From Bacteroidota bacterium (GTDB taxonomy: Bacteria; Bacteroidota; Bacteroidia; Chitinophagales; JADIYW01): a stretch of 64,000 nucleotides of DNA. Positions within the stretch are counted from its first letter, which is position 1, and every line of letters begins with the position of its first letter. This document shows positions 20,505-31,701 of this stretch, piece after piece. A program made the position numbers and the translations under genes. The notes below the pieces were generated by a model, which searched no databases, was not told the DNA's origin, and saw only the letters and a list, made by a program, of their open reading frames with translations. The DNA is taken from NCBI GenBank assembly GCA_016705125.1, contig JADIYW010000036.1:147195-211194 (forward strand), in the 5' to 3' direction.

Positions 20505-21346
20505 ATAATATAACTCAAAGATTGATAACAGGTATTTTTTTTGTGGGCATCATCATTAGTGCTGTCGTTTGGAATCAATTTTCTTTCATCGCCTTATTTT
20601 CACTCATTACCGTGTTATGCATTCGCGAATATCAACAAATCATCGAAAGTCGATTAAGTTCTTCTGATGGATGGAAAAAAGCATATAAATTTATAAATAC
20701 AACATTTGCATTAATGATTATAGGTGTGGTTTTTTTGGTAGCTGCTAAAATTATTCCTATGGTGTATATGTCTGTAGTTGCCGCATTCCCTTTAGCTTGG
20801 TTTATCATCGAGATGTATACCAAAGCACCCACACCATTTACAAATACCGTTTTCAATGCAATGGGTTTATTCTATCTCGCTGTTCCGCTCAGCTCAGCTA
20901 GTTTTTTGGTTTTTAGAGGTGGCGGCTACGAATACAAATATCTTTTGTCCATTCTATTTTTTGCTTGGGCTAATGACAGTTGGGCCTATTTAATTGGAAA
21001 GTATTTTGGTAAAACAAAATTATTTGAAAGAATTTCTCCTAAAAAAACTTGGGAAGGTTTTATAGGTGGATTTGTGTTCACTATTCTTTTTGCTTTTTTA
21101 GCACATTGGATAATGCCACTTATTGGTCAAAAAGAAGTGAGCTTAATTCATTATATAGCCATGGCAATTATTACTTCTATACTAAGTACTTATGGCGATT
21201 TGGCCGAATCGATGATAAAAAGAAACTTACAAATTAAAGATAGTGGCAACGCATTGCCTGGACATGGTGGTTTTTTAGACCGTTTTGATGGGCTTTTGTT
21301 TGCATTGCCAGCAAATACATTATATATCACTATATTTGCTCTATAA
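20501..21346 (+). CDS. cdsA: Phosphatidate cytidylyltransferase
   Basis: 281-aa polytopic protein with SPKKTWEGFIGG and the C-terminal GHGGFLDRFD signature. Confidence 0.88.
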   Translation: MNNITQRLITGIFFVGIIISAVVWNQFSFIALFSLITVLCIREYQQIIESRLSSSDGWKKAYKFINTTFALMIIGVVFLVAAKIIPMVYMSVVAAFPLAWFIIEMYTKAPTPFTNTVFNAMGLFYLAVPLSSASFLVFRGGGYEYKYLLSILFFAWANDSWAYLIGKYFGKTKLFERISPKKTWEGFIGGFVFTILFAFLAHWIMPLIGQKEVSLIHYIAMAIITSILSTYGDLAESMIKRNLQIKDSGNALPGHGGFLDRFDGLLFALPANTLYITIFAL

Positions 21347-21420
21347 CAGCAAACATTTTACAAAATGGTATGTTATCGTTTAGATAAAATAACAATATTT
21401 ACTTTATAACTTAAAAATCT

Positions 21421-21428
21421 TAGTTTTG
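21421..21428 (+). promoter_or_regulatory. -7 promoter box TAGTTTTG, 4 nt upstream of the psd ATG
   Basis: Exact TAnnTTTG. The local sequence is TAGTTTTGCATAATG. Confidence 0.4.
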
Positions 21429-21432
21429 CATA

Positions 21433-22098
21433 ATGAATTTTACTTATATACATAAAGAAGGTAGGAAAATAGTTATTACCACATTTTTAGCTTTATTGCT
21501 TATAAATGTTCTACTGATTAAAATATTAGACATTAACAAATGGATTGAAAATGGATTCTTGGCTTGGTCCATCTTTTTCTTTTGCTTTGTTTTGTATTTT
21601 TTCAGAAATCCAAAAAGAAATATTATAACAGACGACAACAAAATAATTGCTCCTGCTGACGGAAAAGTAGTGGTAATTGAAGAGGTAGATGTAGACGAAT
21701 ATTTTTCAGAAAAAAAAATCCAAGTTTCAATATTTATGTCGCCTTCAAATGTGCATGTAAACAGAACTCCCATTGGTGGTGAGGTAAAATATACTGCCTA
21801 CCATCCAGGTAAATATTTGGTAGCTTGGCATCCAAAATCATCTACCGAAAACGAAAGAACAACGATTGTAATCGACAATGGAACCGTTGAAGTAATGATG
21901 CGACAAATTGCTGGAAAAGTTGCCCGACGAATTGTATACAATTTGGAAGAAGGTGATGACGTGAAGCAAGGTTTAGATTTTGGATTTATTAAATTTGGCT
22001 CGCGTGTTGACCTTTTTCTTCCTTTAGACACAAAAATAAATGTGAAATTAGGACAGAAAGTAAAAGGCGGAATAACTGTTGTAGGTGAGTGGGATTAA
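21433..22098 (+). CDS. psd: Phosphatidylserine decarboxylase proenzyme
   Basis: 221-aa ORF with N-terminal TM segments and a GFIKFGSRVD (G-S-R/T cleavage-type) motif. It sits next to cdsA. Confidence 0.9.
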   Translation: MNFTYIHKEGRKIVITTFLALLLINVLLIKILDINKWIENGFLAWSIFFFCFVLYFFRNPKRNIITDDNKIIAPADGKVVVIEEVDVDEYFSEKKIQVSIFMSPSNVHVNRTPIGGEVKYTAYHPGKYLVAWHPKSSTENERTTIVIDNGTVEVMMRQIAGKVARRIVYNLEEGDDVKQGLDFGFIKFGSRVDLFLPLDTKINVKLGQKVKGGITVVGEWD

Positions 22099-22162
22099 TA
22101 ATTCCCTCGAAACAAACTTTCGGTACAATAATTGCATAATTGTTAATATATTTAAACTTTAA

Positions 22163-22609
22163 ATGTATTTTGCTATGAAAATTTTAATTGCACTTATTCT
22201 AGCCCTATTTTCTTTTCAAAGTTTTGCGCAAGAACCAGACCAATATGCCACAGAAGAAGCATTCCGCAATTTAGTATTGGGTGTTACCTCTGATAGTTTG
22301 GAATTATTGCAAGCATTTCCAAAAAATGTATTGTGCAATACCGAAAATTCACCAAGGAGATGGAAAGAGACACTCGATTTAAGTATTGATGAGGATAAAG
22401 CATATTATGATATACTTGGAATCCGAATCCGAGATATGGCAAGCGACCCAAATTATAAAATAGCAGCATTTGCCAAAGAACGAATGGGCAAAAATGATTG
22501 GTACACACTAAGAGTTGAATATATATCGGCAGAAGACAATACAGCAAAAGTGATTTTCTTTTCCTTTTTTAAATTAAATGGAAAATTACTACTCGCCGAT
22601 TTAGGTTAA
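22163..22609 (+). CDS. Hypothetical secreted protein
   Basis: 148-aa ORF with a signal peptide (ILIALILALFSFQSFAQ). No family recognised. Confidence 0.45.
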   Translation: MYFAMKILIALILALFSFQSFAQEPDQYATEEAFRNLVLGVTSDSLELLQAFPKNVLCNTENSPRRWKETLDLSIDEDKAYYDILGIRIRDMASDPNYKIAAFAKERMGKNDWYTLRVEYISAEDNTAKVIFFSFFKLNGKLLLADLG

Positions 22610-22784
22610 TTTTTTTGTCAAATTTTCATTTCTTACTACAAATTCCGCATAAAGCATTCAAATGCTTGTCAATTTGTCAGCAAATAATGCTTGGCATATC
22701 TTTTGAACTTGGTTGCCTAAACCATTTATTTATATCATAATTTATTTAAAATAAATCTATTCTAAAAAATCGAAAGGCAATACT

Positions 22785-24646
22785 ATGGAAAAAGGTACAA
22801 TTAATGTTCAGTCGGAAAACATATTCCCAATTATCAAAAAATTTCTATACTCTGATCACGAGATTTTTCTTCGTGAATTAGTTTCAAATGCGGTAGATGC
22901 TACTCAAAAACTCAAAGGCCTCGCTTCAATGGGCGAATTCAAAGGGGAATTGGCCGATATAAATGTAAAAGTAAAAATCAATAAAGAGCTTAAAACACTT
23001 ACCATTTCTGACAGTGGAATTGGTATGACTGCCGATGAAATTAAAAAATACATCAATCAAATTGCATTTTCAAGTGCGGGCGAATTTTTGGAAAAATTCA
23101 AAGGTGTTGAAGATGGAAAAACAATAATTGGTCATTTTGGATTGGGGTTTTATTCCTCCTTCATGGTTTCAGAAAAGGTGGAAATATTCTCAAAATCACA
23201 CAAAGACGAACCAGCAGTAAGGTGGGAATGTGATGGAAGCCCAGAATTTCAATTAGAAGAAATAGAAAAAGCAGAAAGAGGGACAGACATCGTTTTGCAT
23301 ATAAATGAGGAATCGATAGAATTTTTGGAAGAGCACAGAATCAAAACATTGCTTACCAAATATTGTAAATTTTTACCTATTCCTATCGAATTCGGCACAA
23401 AATATCAATCAGAAGAAGATAAAAAAGCAGAAAAACCAGTTGAACCAGAGATAATTAATAATACTGAACCCGCTTGGACAAAAGCGCCTAGCACCCTAAC
23501 GGACGAGGATTATTTAAAATTCTATAAAGAATTATATCCTTTTTCTAACGACCCCTTGTTTTGGATTCATTTAAATGTAGATTATCCTTTCAACCTGACA
23601 GGTATACTTTATTTTCCAAAATTAAACCAATCTTATCAAGTAGAAAAAATAAAATACACCTTTATTCAAATCAAGTATTTGTAACCGATAATGTAGGAGA
23701 AATTGTTCCAGAATACCTTACTTTATTGCACGGAGTAATCGATTCGCCTGATATTCCATTAAATGTATCGAGAAGTTATTTGCAAAGTGATGGTAACGTA
23801 AAAAAAATAAATAGCCATATTTCAAAAAAAGTATCTGATAAATTACAGGAGTTATTTAATAGCGACCGAAAAGCTTTTGAAGAGAAATGGAATGACATTG
23901 GTCTTTTTGTCAAATATGGCATGTTGAGCGATGAAAAATTTTATGGGCGCTCAAATGGTTTCTGCTTGCTTGAAAATACCGACAAACAATTCCAAACTAT
24001 TGAGGAATATAAAACAAAAATTGCCCCTCTTCAAACCGATAAAAATGGCGATTTGATTATTCTTTATACCGTTGATCCTGAACATCAACACAGTTATGTT
24101 CAAAATGTAAAAGAAAGCGGTTACGATGTTTTGAAATTTGATACTGTTATCGACAATCATTTTATACAACAAATGGAGTCTAAACTTGAAAAAACTCGTT
24201 TTAAAAGAGTAGATGCCGACATCGTAGATAATTTAATCGAAAAAGACGAAAAAAGAGAATCCATTTTAACCGAAGATCAACAAAATCTGCTTAAAGAGAC
24301 TTTTGAAAAAAGCGTTGATAAAAACACTATTAATGTAGAACTAAAACCGCTTTCACCAAGTGATTCACCAGTAATGATTACTCGAGATGAATTTATGCGT
24401 AGAATGAAGGAAATGCAAGCTTCAGGTGGAAATAATATGTTTATGATGGGCGATTTTCCAGAAAAATTCAATTTAATAATCAACTCAAATCACCCTATAA
24501 ATATTGCGCTTCTAGAAAAAGATGACGTTGAAAAACAACGACTTACAAAGCAATTATACGATCTAGCAATGCTATCACAAAACATGCTAAAAGGAGAGGA
24601 TCTAACAAATTTTGTTAAAAGAAGTTTTGAGATTGTTGCAAATTAA
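22785..24646 (+). pseudogene. htpG: Molecular chaperone HtpG (Hsp90), interrupted by a single +/-1 frameshift in an A6 run
   Basis: ORF 22785..23684 carries the N-terminal GHKL ATPase (LVSNAVDA, ISDSGIGMT, GHFGLGFYS). ORF 23561..24646 carries the rest from ...NKIHLYSNQVFVTDNVGEIVPEYLTLLHGVIDSPDIPLNVSRSYLQ. The frames join at GTAGAAAAAATAAAATAC, where the A6 run is 23644..23649. One extra A would give ...YQVEKNKIHLYSNQ. Confidence 0.9.
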
Positions 24647-24668
24647 GTAAATTCGAGAAATATTATTC

Positions 24669-25232
24669 TTGAAAAAGCTTTTTTTACTTTCTATTTGCCT
24701 AATTCCACTTTTCGTATTTGGTCAAGATACCATTGTTCCTAAACGACCAAAAACAACTATTGGCGTTTTTATTGGAGCTGGAAATAATGGACTTGCCAAA
24801 TCGGCAGGCTTTGATTTTAATGGCTTCGTAGAACGGCAATTGACCGAAAAAATCGATTTCTTATTCAAACATGGCGTGGTGCATAGTAGCCAATTCAATA
24901 AAGAGGAGGACGAAAACTATTTATTGGTAAAACGATATTTATTCCAAAAAACGAATGCTTCTATTTATTATGTGCCAATACGAAAGCCAAAACATGAATT
25001 TCAGATTGGCGGTGGACCACAATTTGCCTACTTATTCAGAAAAAAAGGACCAAACATTTTTGAAAAAGACAAATCCATTGCAGCTGGATTAGTTGCCTCC
25101 TGTATGTACGAGGCACGCCCATGGGAAAAAATAACGGTCGGTATGTATTTAAATTACGAACCCATGTTTGGTAAAAACAAAAATGGAGTTGGAAATACTT
25201 TTTTTGGTGTAGTAGTTGGGAGTAATTTTTAG
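24669..25232 (+). CDS. Small outer-membrane beta-barrel protein (porin-family-like)
   Basis: 187-aa ORF with a TTG start, a signal peptide (LFLLSICLIPLFVFGQ) and a C-terminal aromatic residue (F). Confidence 0.5.
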   Translation: MKKLFLLSICLIPLFVFGQDTIVPKRPKTTIGVFIGAGNNGLAKSAGFDFNGFVERQLTEKIDFLFKHGVVHSSQFNKEEDENYLLVKRYLFQKTNASIYYVPIRKPKHEFQIGGGPQFAYLFRKKGPNIFEKDKSIAAGLVASCMYEARPWEKITVGMYLNYEPMFGKNKNGVGNTFFGVVVGSNF

Positions 25233-25322
25233 CTTATGTAATCTAATTTTCATACTCTAATTTTTATAATTTTCCTTATTTTACAACGATTACAACAAAT
25301 TTATTAATTGCTAATTAGAAAA

Positions 25323-26364
25323 TCATTTCGTTACTCTCGGTTTATAACCCGAACCTTCCAAAATTGCTCTTGAATTATCCATTTTCATCAATTCACTCAA
25401 ACTGACATTTGGGTTTTCCTGCATGTATTTCCTCACGATCATCCATCCAGTCCAAACGCCTACCTTGCCCGGGGCACCTGCAGGCATTCCTGAGGTGGTA
25501 GGTGCGTCCTCCAAATACTTTTTAAAATCTAACATACCTGGACTAAATAATAATTCTTTTCCAACAAAAACTCCCAAATTCTGCCTTCATTTAATTCGCA
25601 CCATTCCCAATTTTCCTTAGAATAATTAATCAATTCATATTGCTTCCTAAAAGGCAATATTTTTTCCATAAAATAACACGACTTGCCATAATAAATCATA
25701 TGATCTAACAAAAACCATTTTGAGGCAATTCAGTCATTAAATCAGTAGACATCACGTTTACAGCATTTATAACCATATTTTTGGGGTAAATCGCTCCACC
25801 ATAAAAGCAGGAAAATTCAAATCTGATGACTTATAGTACGGATAATCAACACCTAAATACATGTCAATTCCAACACCCAAGCATTTTTCAAAAGTAAATG
25901 CTTGATTTCCAAATTCTGAAATAAAAGTATAAATAGTAGGCACCGTACTATCTGGAAAATGCTTAACATAGTTTTTCATAGCTTTATTCATTTCCGATTC
26001 AAACTGTTTTAAATCTGGAAAATGAGATTGTGTCGTATCATAAAGTCCTTTAACGTATTTATTTGTTAAAAAATCGAGCACTAAAGGCGTATAACTATTA
26101 TAATCTCCAGCATTTGATGTTACTTGCAATACGCGCTCAAAATAAATATCATAAAAATCAGGATTCTTCTTTCTTAATGCCTGTAATCCTTCTAGCAAAT
26201 TATTGGGTGCTATTTTAAACAACTCTTCTTCAAATCTCAATTTTTACTGATTTAAAATCCTCAGCTGTGCCCGTATTAATTTGACCATTCTCTTTACCTC
26301 CAAACCATTTGCAAGAAGAAATGCTTAATAAAAATATAAAAAAATACTTGCTCTTATAAAATAT
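25323..26364 (-). pseudogene. gldB: Gliding-motility lipoprotein GldB, fragmented into at least 4 frame segments
   Basis: Fragments 25767..26240, 25529..25711 and 25323..25577, plus an upstream lipoprotein signal (FYKSKYFFIFLLSISSC) in another frame. The family-typical strings HMIYYGKSCYF, NWEWCELNEGRIW and VGVWTGWMIVRKYM...YKPR match my memory of GldB. The first junction lies in an A5 run (plus-strand T5 at 26241..26245). The position expected for the start codon reads ATA (26364..26362), with no in-frame ATG. Confidence 0.65.
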
Positions 26365-26395
26365 GAATTATGTATCAACATTTAAGTTAATTGAT

Positions 26396-26403
26396 TAAAT
26401 TTG
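26396..26403 (+). promoter_or_regulatory. -7 promoter box TAAATTTG upstream of the porin-family gene
   Basis: Exact TAnnTTTG 25 nt upstream of ATG 26428. Confidence 0.35.
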
Positions 26404-26427
26404 TAAAATAATTACAAAAATACATTT

Positions 26428-27205
26428 ATGAAACGAATACTTTTTATTTTAATTGCTATTTTTTCTTTACAAATTGTTAAAGGACAAAACGAAAATTTGA
26501 GATTTGGATTCACTGCAAGCCCTGGTCTTACTTGGTGGAAACCTGATAATACAGCTCACGAAAGCGGTGGAGCACGATTCGCCCTGAATTATGGTGTATT
26601 AATTGATTATAAGTTTGGTAACAATTCACGATATGCTCTTTCTACAGGTTTACTTTTAACTTTAGATGGCGGTAAATTAGTTGGCACTGGCACACAAGAC
26701 GAAATAATCGACCTTGGTGGTGGTGGAGAGAGATTTGGGATTTTTAATAATAATACCTTCCGACTTCCTCCATTTGACACCATAACCCGTAATATTGTAA
26801 CTACAATGACAACCAAAACTCAACATTTACAAATACCAATGGCCCTCAAATTGCGTTCTAATGAGGTTGGATACATTACCTATTATGGTTCTTTAGGAGT
26901 CATTCCTGCTTTTACAATTAGAAGAAGAGCCGATTTAACAAAATCAATTGATGATGTTGTAATTATAAATGAAGAAAATATTGATGCCAAAAATTTAGAT
27001 TTTTTATCCAAATAAAATTAAAAATATCAATCCATTCGATTTAGGTTTGTCTTTCGAAGCTGGTTTAGAATATTCAATGACAGAAAATACTGCCTTAGTT
27101 GGTGGCTTATTTTTCACCAATGGTTTCATTAATCAATTAGATGATGATGATAAAGAAAGAGTAGCTACTCGTAATTTCGGAATCAGAATTGGTGTTTTAT
27201 TTTAA
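26428..27205 (+). pseudogene. Outer-membrane beta-barrel (porin/PorT-like family) gene with one frameshift
   Basis: ORF 26428..27015 has a signal peptide and starts FGFTASPGLTWWKP. The last ~60 codons continue in another frame (…NINPFDLGLSFEAGLEYSMTENTALVGGLFFTNGF…IRIGVLF, then stop at 27203..27205). The switch is at a T6 run, 27000..27005. Confidence 0.6.
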
Positions 27206-27238
27206 TCGCAAAATGAAGATTATAATACATAATTAATC

Positions 27239-27258
27239 CCGCCTATGCGGATTTTTTT
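27239..27258 (+). terminator. Rho-independent terminator (CCGC-CTAT-GCGG followed by A and T7)
   Basis: GC hairpin followed by a T-run, 34 nt after the stop of the porin-family gene. Confidence 0.55.
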
Positions 27259-27275
27259 ATACTTTTTAATTAAAA

Positions 27276-28919
27276 ATGAAAATGAAAATAGCAATTGCAC
27301 AACTTAACCCTTTCATTGGAGACTTTGAAGGCACCTACAAAAACATCACCAATGCAATAAACACAAGCGATTACAGGGAATGCCGACCTCATTGTATTTC
27401 CTGAACTTTCAGTATGTGGTTATCCAACAAGAGATTTTCTAGACTATAAGCAATTCACAAAAGTGGCTTTACAAACTGTAGATAGAATTGCACAATTTGC
27501 AAATCGAAAAATTGGTGTTATTGTTGGTTCCCCTTCATTCAATCCAAATATTCAAGGTAAAGATTTATACAATTCTGCTTTTCTTTTAGATGGTGGAAAA
27601 ATAATTCATACTGCTAATAAGGCTTATTGCCAACTTACGATATATTCGATGAATACCGTTATTTTGAACCTGCTACCGAATTTTCAACCGTAGAATATAA
27701 AGGCATAAAAATCGCTATAACTATTTGTGAAGACATTTGGAATATTGGTAATGAAAACCCACTTTATACCGTTTGCCCAATGGATGAGCTGGCAAAACAA
27801 GGTCCCGATATAATGATTAATCTTTCGGCTTCACCATTCACTTATAGCCATGCTGCTGAAAGAATTGACATTGTAAAAGCAAATGCATTAAGGTATAAAA
27901 CACCATTTTTTACGCCAACCAAGTAGGTGCTCAAACCGATATTATTTTTGATGGAGGTTCGTTAGTCGTTGATAAACAAGGAAATATAATTAGAGAAATG
28001 CTTTATTTCGAAGAATGTATAGAAATATTCGATTTAAATAAAATTCAAAATGGAAATCATCCAATTTCTGCTCAACAACCTAAAGAAAAGTATCAATTAA
28101 TAAAAGATGCCATAGTAATAGGCATTAGGATTATTTCAAAAACTAGGCTTTAAAAAAGCAATTGTCGGCTTATCAGGCGGTGTAGATTCGGCGCTTACCG
28201 TAGCCTTCACTTCGAAGCATTAGGATCCGAAAATGTGCTTTCTGTGTTAAATGCCTTCGCAATACAGCTCCAACCATTCGGTAGATGATTCGATGGAATT
28301 GGTTAAAAATTTGAATTCCCCTTACAAGATAATTCCGATTAAAGACGTATATGATGCTTATGAAAAATGCTAAACCCACATTTTGAAAATCTTCCGCCCA
28401 ACGTAAACGGAAGAAAATATACAAGCACGTATCAGAGGAAATTATTTGATGGCATTGAGTAATAAATTTGGCTATATCCCTACTAAATACAACGAATAAG
28501 AGCGAAGCAGCAGTTGGCTATGGCACTTTGTATGGCGATTTGTGTGGTGGCATTGGTGTATTGGCGATGTATATAAAACAGAAGTTTACAAAGTATGTGA
28601 GGTAATAAATAAAGAAAAAACAATTATTCCAACACATTTTACACAGCACCAAGTGCAGAATTGCGACTATCCAAAAAGATTCGGATTCCTACCCGAATAT
28701 TCAATTTTAGACCCATTATTGTACGATTACATAGAAAATGAACTTGGACTAGATGAGCTTATAGAAAAAGGTTATGAACCTGCTTTGGTGCAACGCGTAT
28801 TGAAAATGGTAAACCGTGCCGAATTCAAACGTTATCAAACACCACCAATGATACGTGTATCTCAAAAAGCCTTTGGCATGGGCCGCAGATTGCCAATTGT
28901 AGGCAAGTATTTGGATTAG
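27276..28919 (+). pseudogene. nadE: Glutamine-dependent NAD+ synthetase (CN-hydrolase plus NAD-synthase domains), about 8-10 frameshifts
   Basis: Reconstructed by hand across frames: MKMKIAIAQLNP...NADLIVFPELSVCGYP...KALLPTYDIFDEYRYFEP...ICEDIW...FYANQVGAQTDIIFDGGS...GLSGGVDSAL...MPSQYSS...[15 protein letters not shown]...PSAEL...DSLP...FKRYQ. The tracked ORFs cover only pieces (27463.., 27627.., 28542..). One example junction is the T6 run at 27906..27911. Confidence 0.85.
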
Positions 28920-29138
28920 AAAAAGCAACAAACAAAACGATTACAAGCGATTATTCCAGTTTTAAAAGTGCCAAAATGATTTTTTTAATCCCAGCAATAT
29001 AAATCAGCAATTTATACCCGAACTGCTTTAAAACAAGGAATAAAAGAACCTTAATCTTCATTATAAGCCAGCATGCAGGATTAACTTTTTCAACTTACAC
29101 TTTATAGGGTAGGTTCGTAAAAACAAAAACTATATTCT

Positions 29139-29876
29139 TCAATACTCGATTTTTCTATCCAAGCGTAACTCCATCGGCAATAATACCTTTTGCCAATCGC
29201 CTCTTCTTTCGCATATATATACTTTCAACCCTTTTGGAAATTGAACAACATTATTCGACAATAAATGGGCTTGCTCTTTCAAAATCGTTGATTTTATTAC
29301 AATTGCACTTTTTGTATTTTGTTCTATTTGGTATGTTTTATACGTTAAATTAAATACAAAAAAATAGCCAATATAAAAAGTAAAATACTTAAACAATAAA
29401 ATATAACTTTTCGCTCTTTAAGATTTGACTTTATAGCTAAATATAAAAACAAGACACTACACCAAAAAACTATTATCAATAAATAAGTAAAGGAATTTGA
29501 ATGATTTGGCAATATGTTTCCTATTAAACTGTTTAAAATAATCGAATCCTTTATATCGGTCTTATACGATAAATTAATTAATTCTAAGGTTTCCAAATTT
29601 TTTCTAGCATCATTATTACTTGGATTTATATTTAATGCCCTTTCAAAAATACAATATGCTTCTTGTTGTATCTCCCTAATTTTAAATAGGCATTTGCCAT
29701 ATTATAAAATACAATATCGTTGTTATTCAGCTGTTTATACAATTGGAGAGAAGTTGCATATTCTCCTTTATCATAAGCATCATTGGCTTGTTTAAAAATG
29801 GCTGCATCTCCTTTTCATTTCCATATACAAATAGAAAAAGGAAATTCAAAACGATAAAAACAATTGATTTACGCAT
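29139..29876 (-). pseudogene. batE: BatE-like protein (TPR, TM and C-terminal SH3), frameshifted
   Basis: ATG at 29876 (MRKSIVFIVLNFLFLFVYG). TPR-like ...FKQANDAYDKGEYATSLQLYKQL...NMANAYLKLG appears in shifted frames. The TM fragment is ORF 29345..29596. The SH3-like C-terminus is in ORF 29139..29396 (KGLKVYICERRGDWQKVLLP). Boundaries are approximate. Confidence 0.55.
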
Positions 29877-29879
29877 TTT

Positions 29880-31676
29880 CTAGCTTTTAAATTGTTCATC
29901 CAAATGCTCCAGTAAATTAAGCGCTTCCACATATAATCCATTCATTCCAACCCTTGTCACTTAAAAGGTGAAAACAAAGCCCGTTCACATTGCTCCAAAA
30001 TGGCAATGTATTTATTTTTTACTATCCACATCAAGTTCAAATTTTGCAAACAATTCCATCATCTTTTCTTTGCTTATTACATAAAAAGTGGTGCCAGTTT
30101 TAGTTGTCATGTATCCCAACATTGCCTCGCTAATGGCTTTATAAAATGGTTTTTCTTCTTGCTGGTCTAAGTGCTTCTTTGCTTCTGCCAATTCTTTGTA
30201 ATCGTTTATTTTACTAGCATTTTTGTTTATATTCTTATTGCTTTTTTATTTCCATTTTAACCAAAAGCCTAGAAATAATAAAATTGGCAAAACCATTGCA
30301 ACATAAAACCAATTGATCCAAAAATGATGTAGACCCACTTTTTTGTTTAGAAAACAATTTTTCTATTCTTTTGAGCACTCGACTTTTTCTTTCCTTTTCG
30401 CCCTCATCCAAATCATCCTTTCCTCTTCATTCCACATTACAACTACTTTTATTGTTTCTCAGGAAAAACGACTCTATTATAATCCTGTTTTCCATCAAAA
30501 TAAGATATGGAATAGCTTGGAATCGTATAATTTCCTGCCTTTTGTGGCAAAACGAGGTATTCAAATTGTTTCATCCCGACAACATCACCTGTTTGGGTAT
30601 TTATTTCTTCTTTTATTTTTGGATTATACACTTCAAATTCAGCTGGAAAAACAGGTTTTTGCAAATTCAACAATTTTATATTGCCCTTTCCTCGTACTTT
30701 CACTGAATAGTTTAAAGGCTCGCCCGCTTTCACTTCATCTTTATCAAATTCGGCAATAAAAGAAAATTTTCCGATTCCTCCACAAAAATCATCTGGTTTT
30801 ATTCCATTGCCCAAGGGTTTAACTCGGATGGTAATGGGCTCACTTTGAATTTTAACTTTAAAGTCTTGGATTTTAAAACCAGCAGGACCAATCATTATTG
30901 GAATAACACAACTCAATTCAATTGGATCAATTACAAAATCACCAGATTTAATAGGAAATAAACCTACTTTCATGAAAGTTTGACAGTTATACAATTTGCC
31001 ATTATACTTTTCTTCGTGTTGTTCTTGTATTGATTTGTCAATTTCCATATCATAGGAATAGAAATTTTTTGAACGATGGATTTTGGCAATTTGTAAATCC
31101 TCCACACGGATTAAATAAAATACCTTAAAAGTCAAAACCACTTGCTGCCCCTTCAAAAACAGATGTTTGTCGACAAATGCCCTTACAAAATATTAGATTT
31201 AACTTGTTCCTCTATCGATTGGTTTTCATCCTCTTTTGATGGCGCATTGCTATTATTATTGGGTTTTGGAGTAGATCATGTATTATTAATTGGCTCGCCT
31301 GACTTACAATGTTTATAGTCAAATCATTGGATTTAAAGGATTTGCCATTTATAATTGCAGTTGCACCTTTATTTTTATCTTTCCAGCTTTAGTTGCCTTT
31401 AGTAAATAAGAGAATGTCTTTTTAAGATATTTTACCATTAATTACCTCATAATTTGAAAATCTACTTAGCCATACAAAAATTTCAAAATGAACACTCCAA
31501 TTTAGTGTTACAAGATCGTAAAGTCTGCATTTTCAATTATATATGCAATTTCAATTTTATCCCCAACACTTATTGTGCTTTTAGATGCAATTGCATAAAA
31601 AACTTACCTGCTGAGGATTTGAAATTTGCGGCATTACAAATACCATAAAATCAATAAATACAACGATTTCAGCCAA
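29880..31676 (-). pseudogene. batD: BatD-family protein, multiple frameshifts
   Basis: The central fragment is ORF 30449..31156. N-terminal (...QQVSFYAIASKSTISVGDKIEIAYIIENADF...) and C-terminal (...HLDQQEEKPFYKAISEAMLGYM...LLEHLDEQFKS, then stop) parts were recovered in other frames. One junction is at the plus-strand A6 run 31597..31602. The start may be the TTG at 31676. Confidence 0.6.
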
Positions 31677-31701
31677 TTTAATTTCGATATGTATTTATAC
31701 T

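Noticed and set aside
22692-22706. Sigma-54-like promoter TGGCAT-N5-TTGA upstream of htpG, plus the nearby direct repeats AATGCTTG x2 and TTGTCA x2
   Set aside because: The -12 element lacks the conserved GC. The site lies about 80 nt from the ATG with no supporting enhancer-binding-protein context. The short repeats are within chance expectation for AT-rich spacer.
23644-23649. Programmed ribosomal frameshifting in htpG
   Set aside because: No recoding is known for htpG. No slippery heptamer with a downstream structure was seen. The A6 run is better explained by a length error or mutation, so it is reported instead as a simple frameshift to verify.
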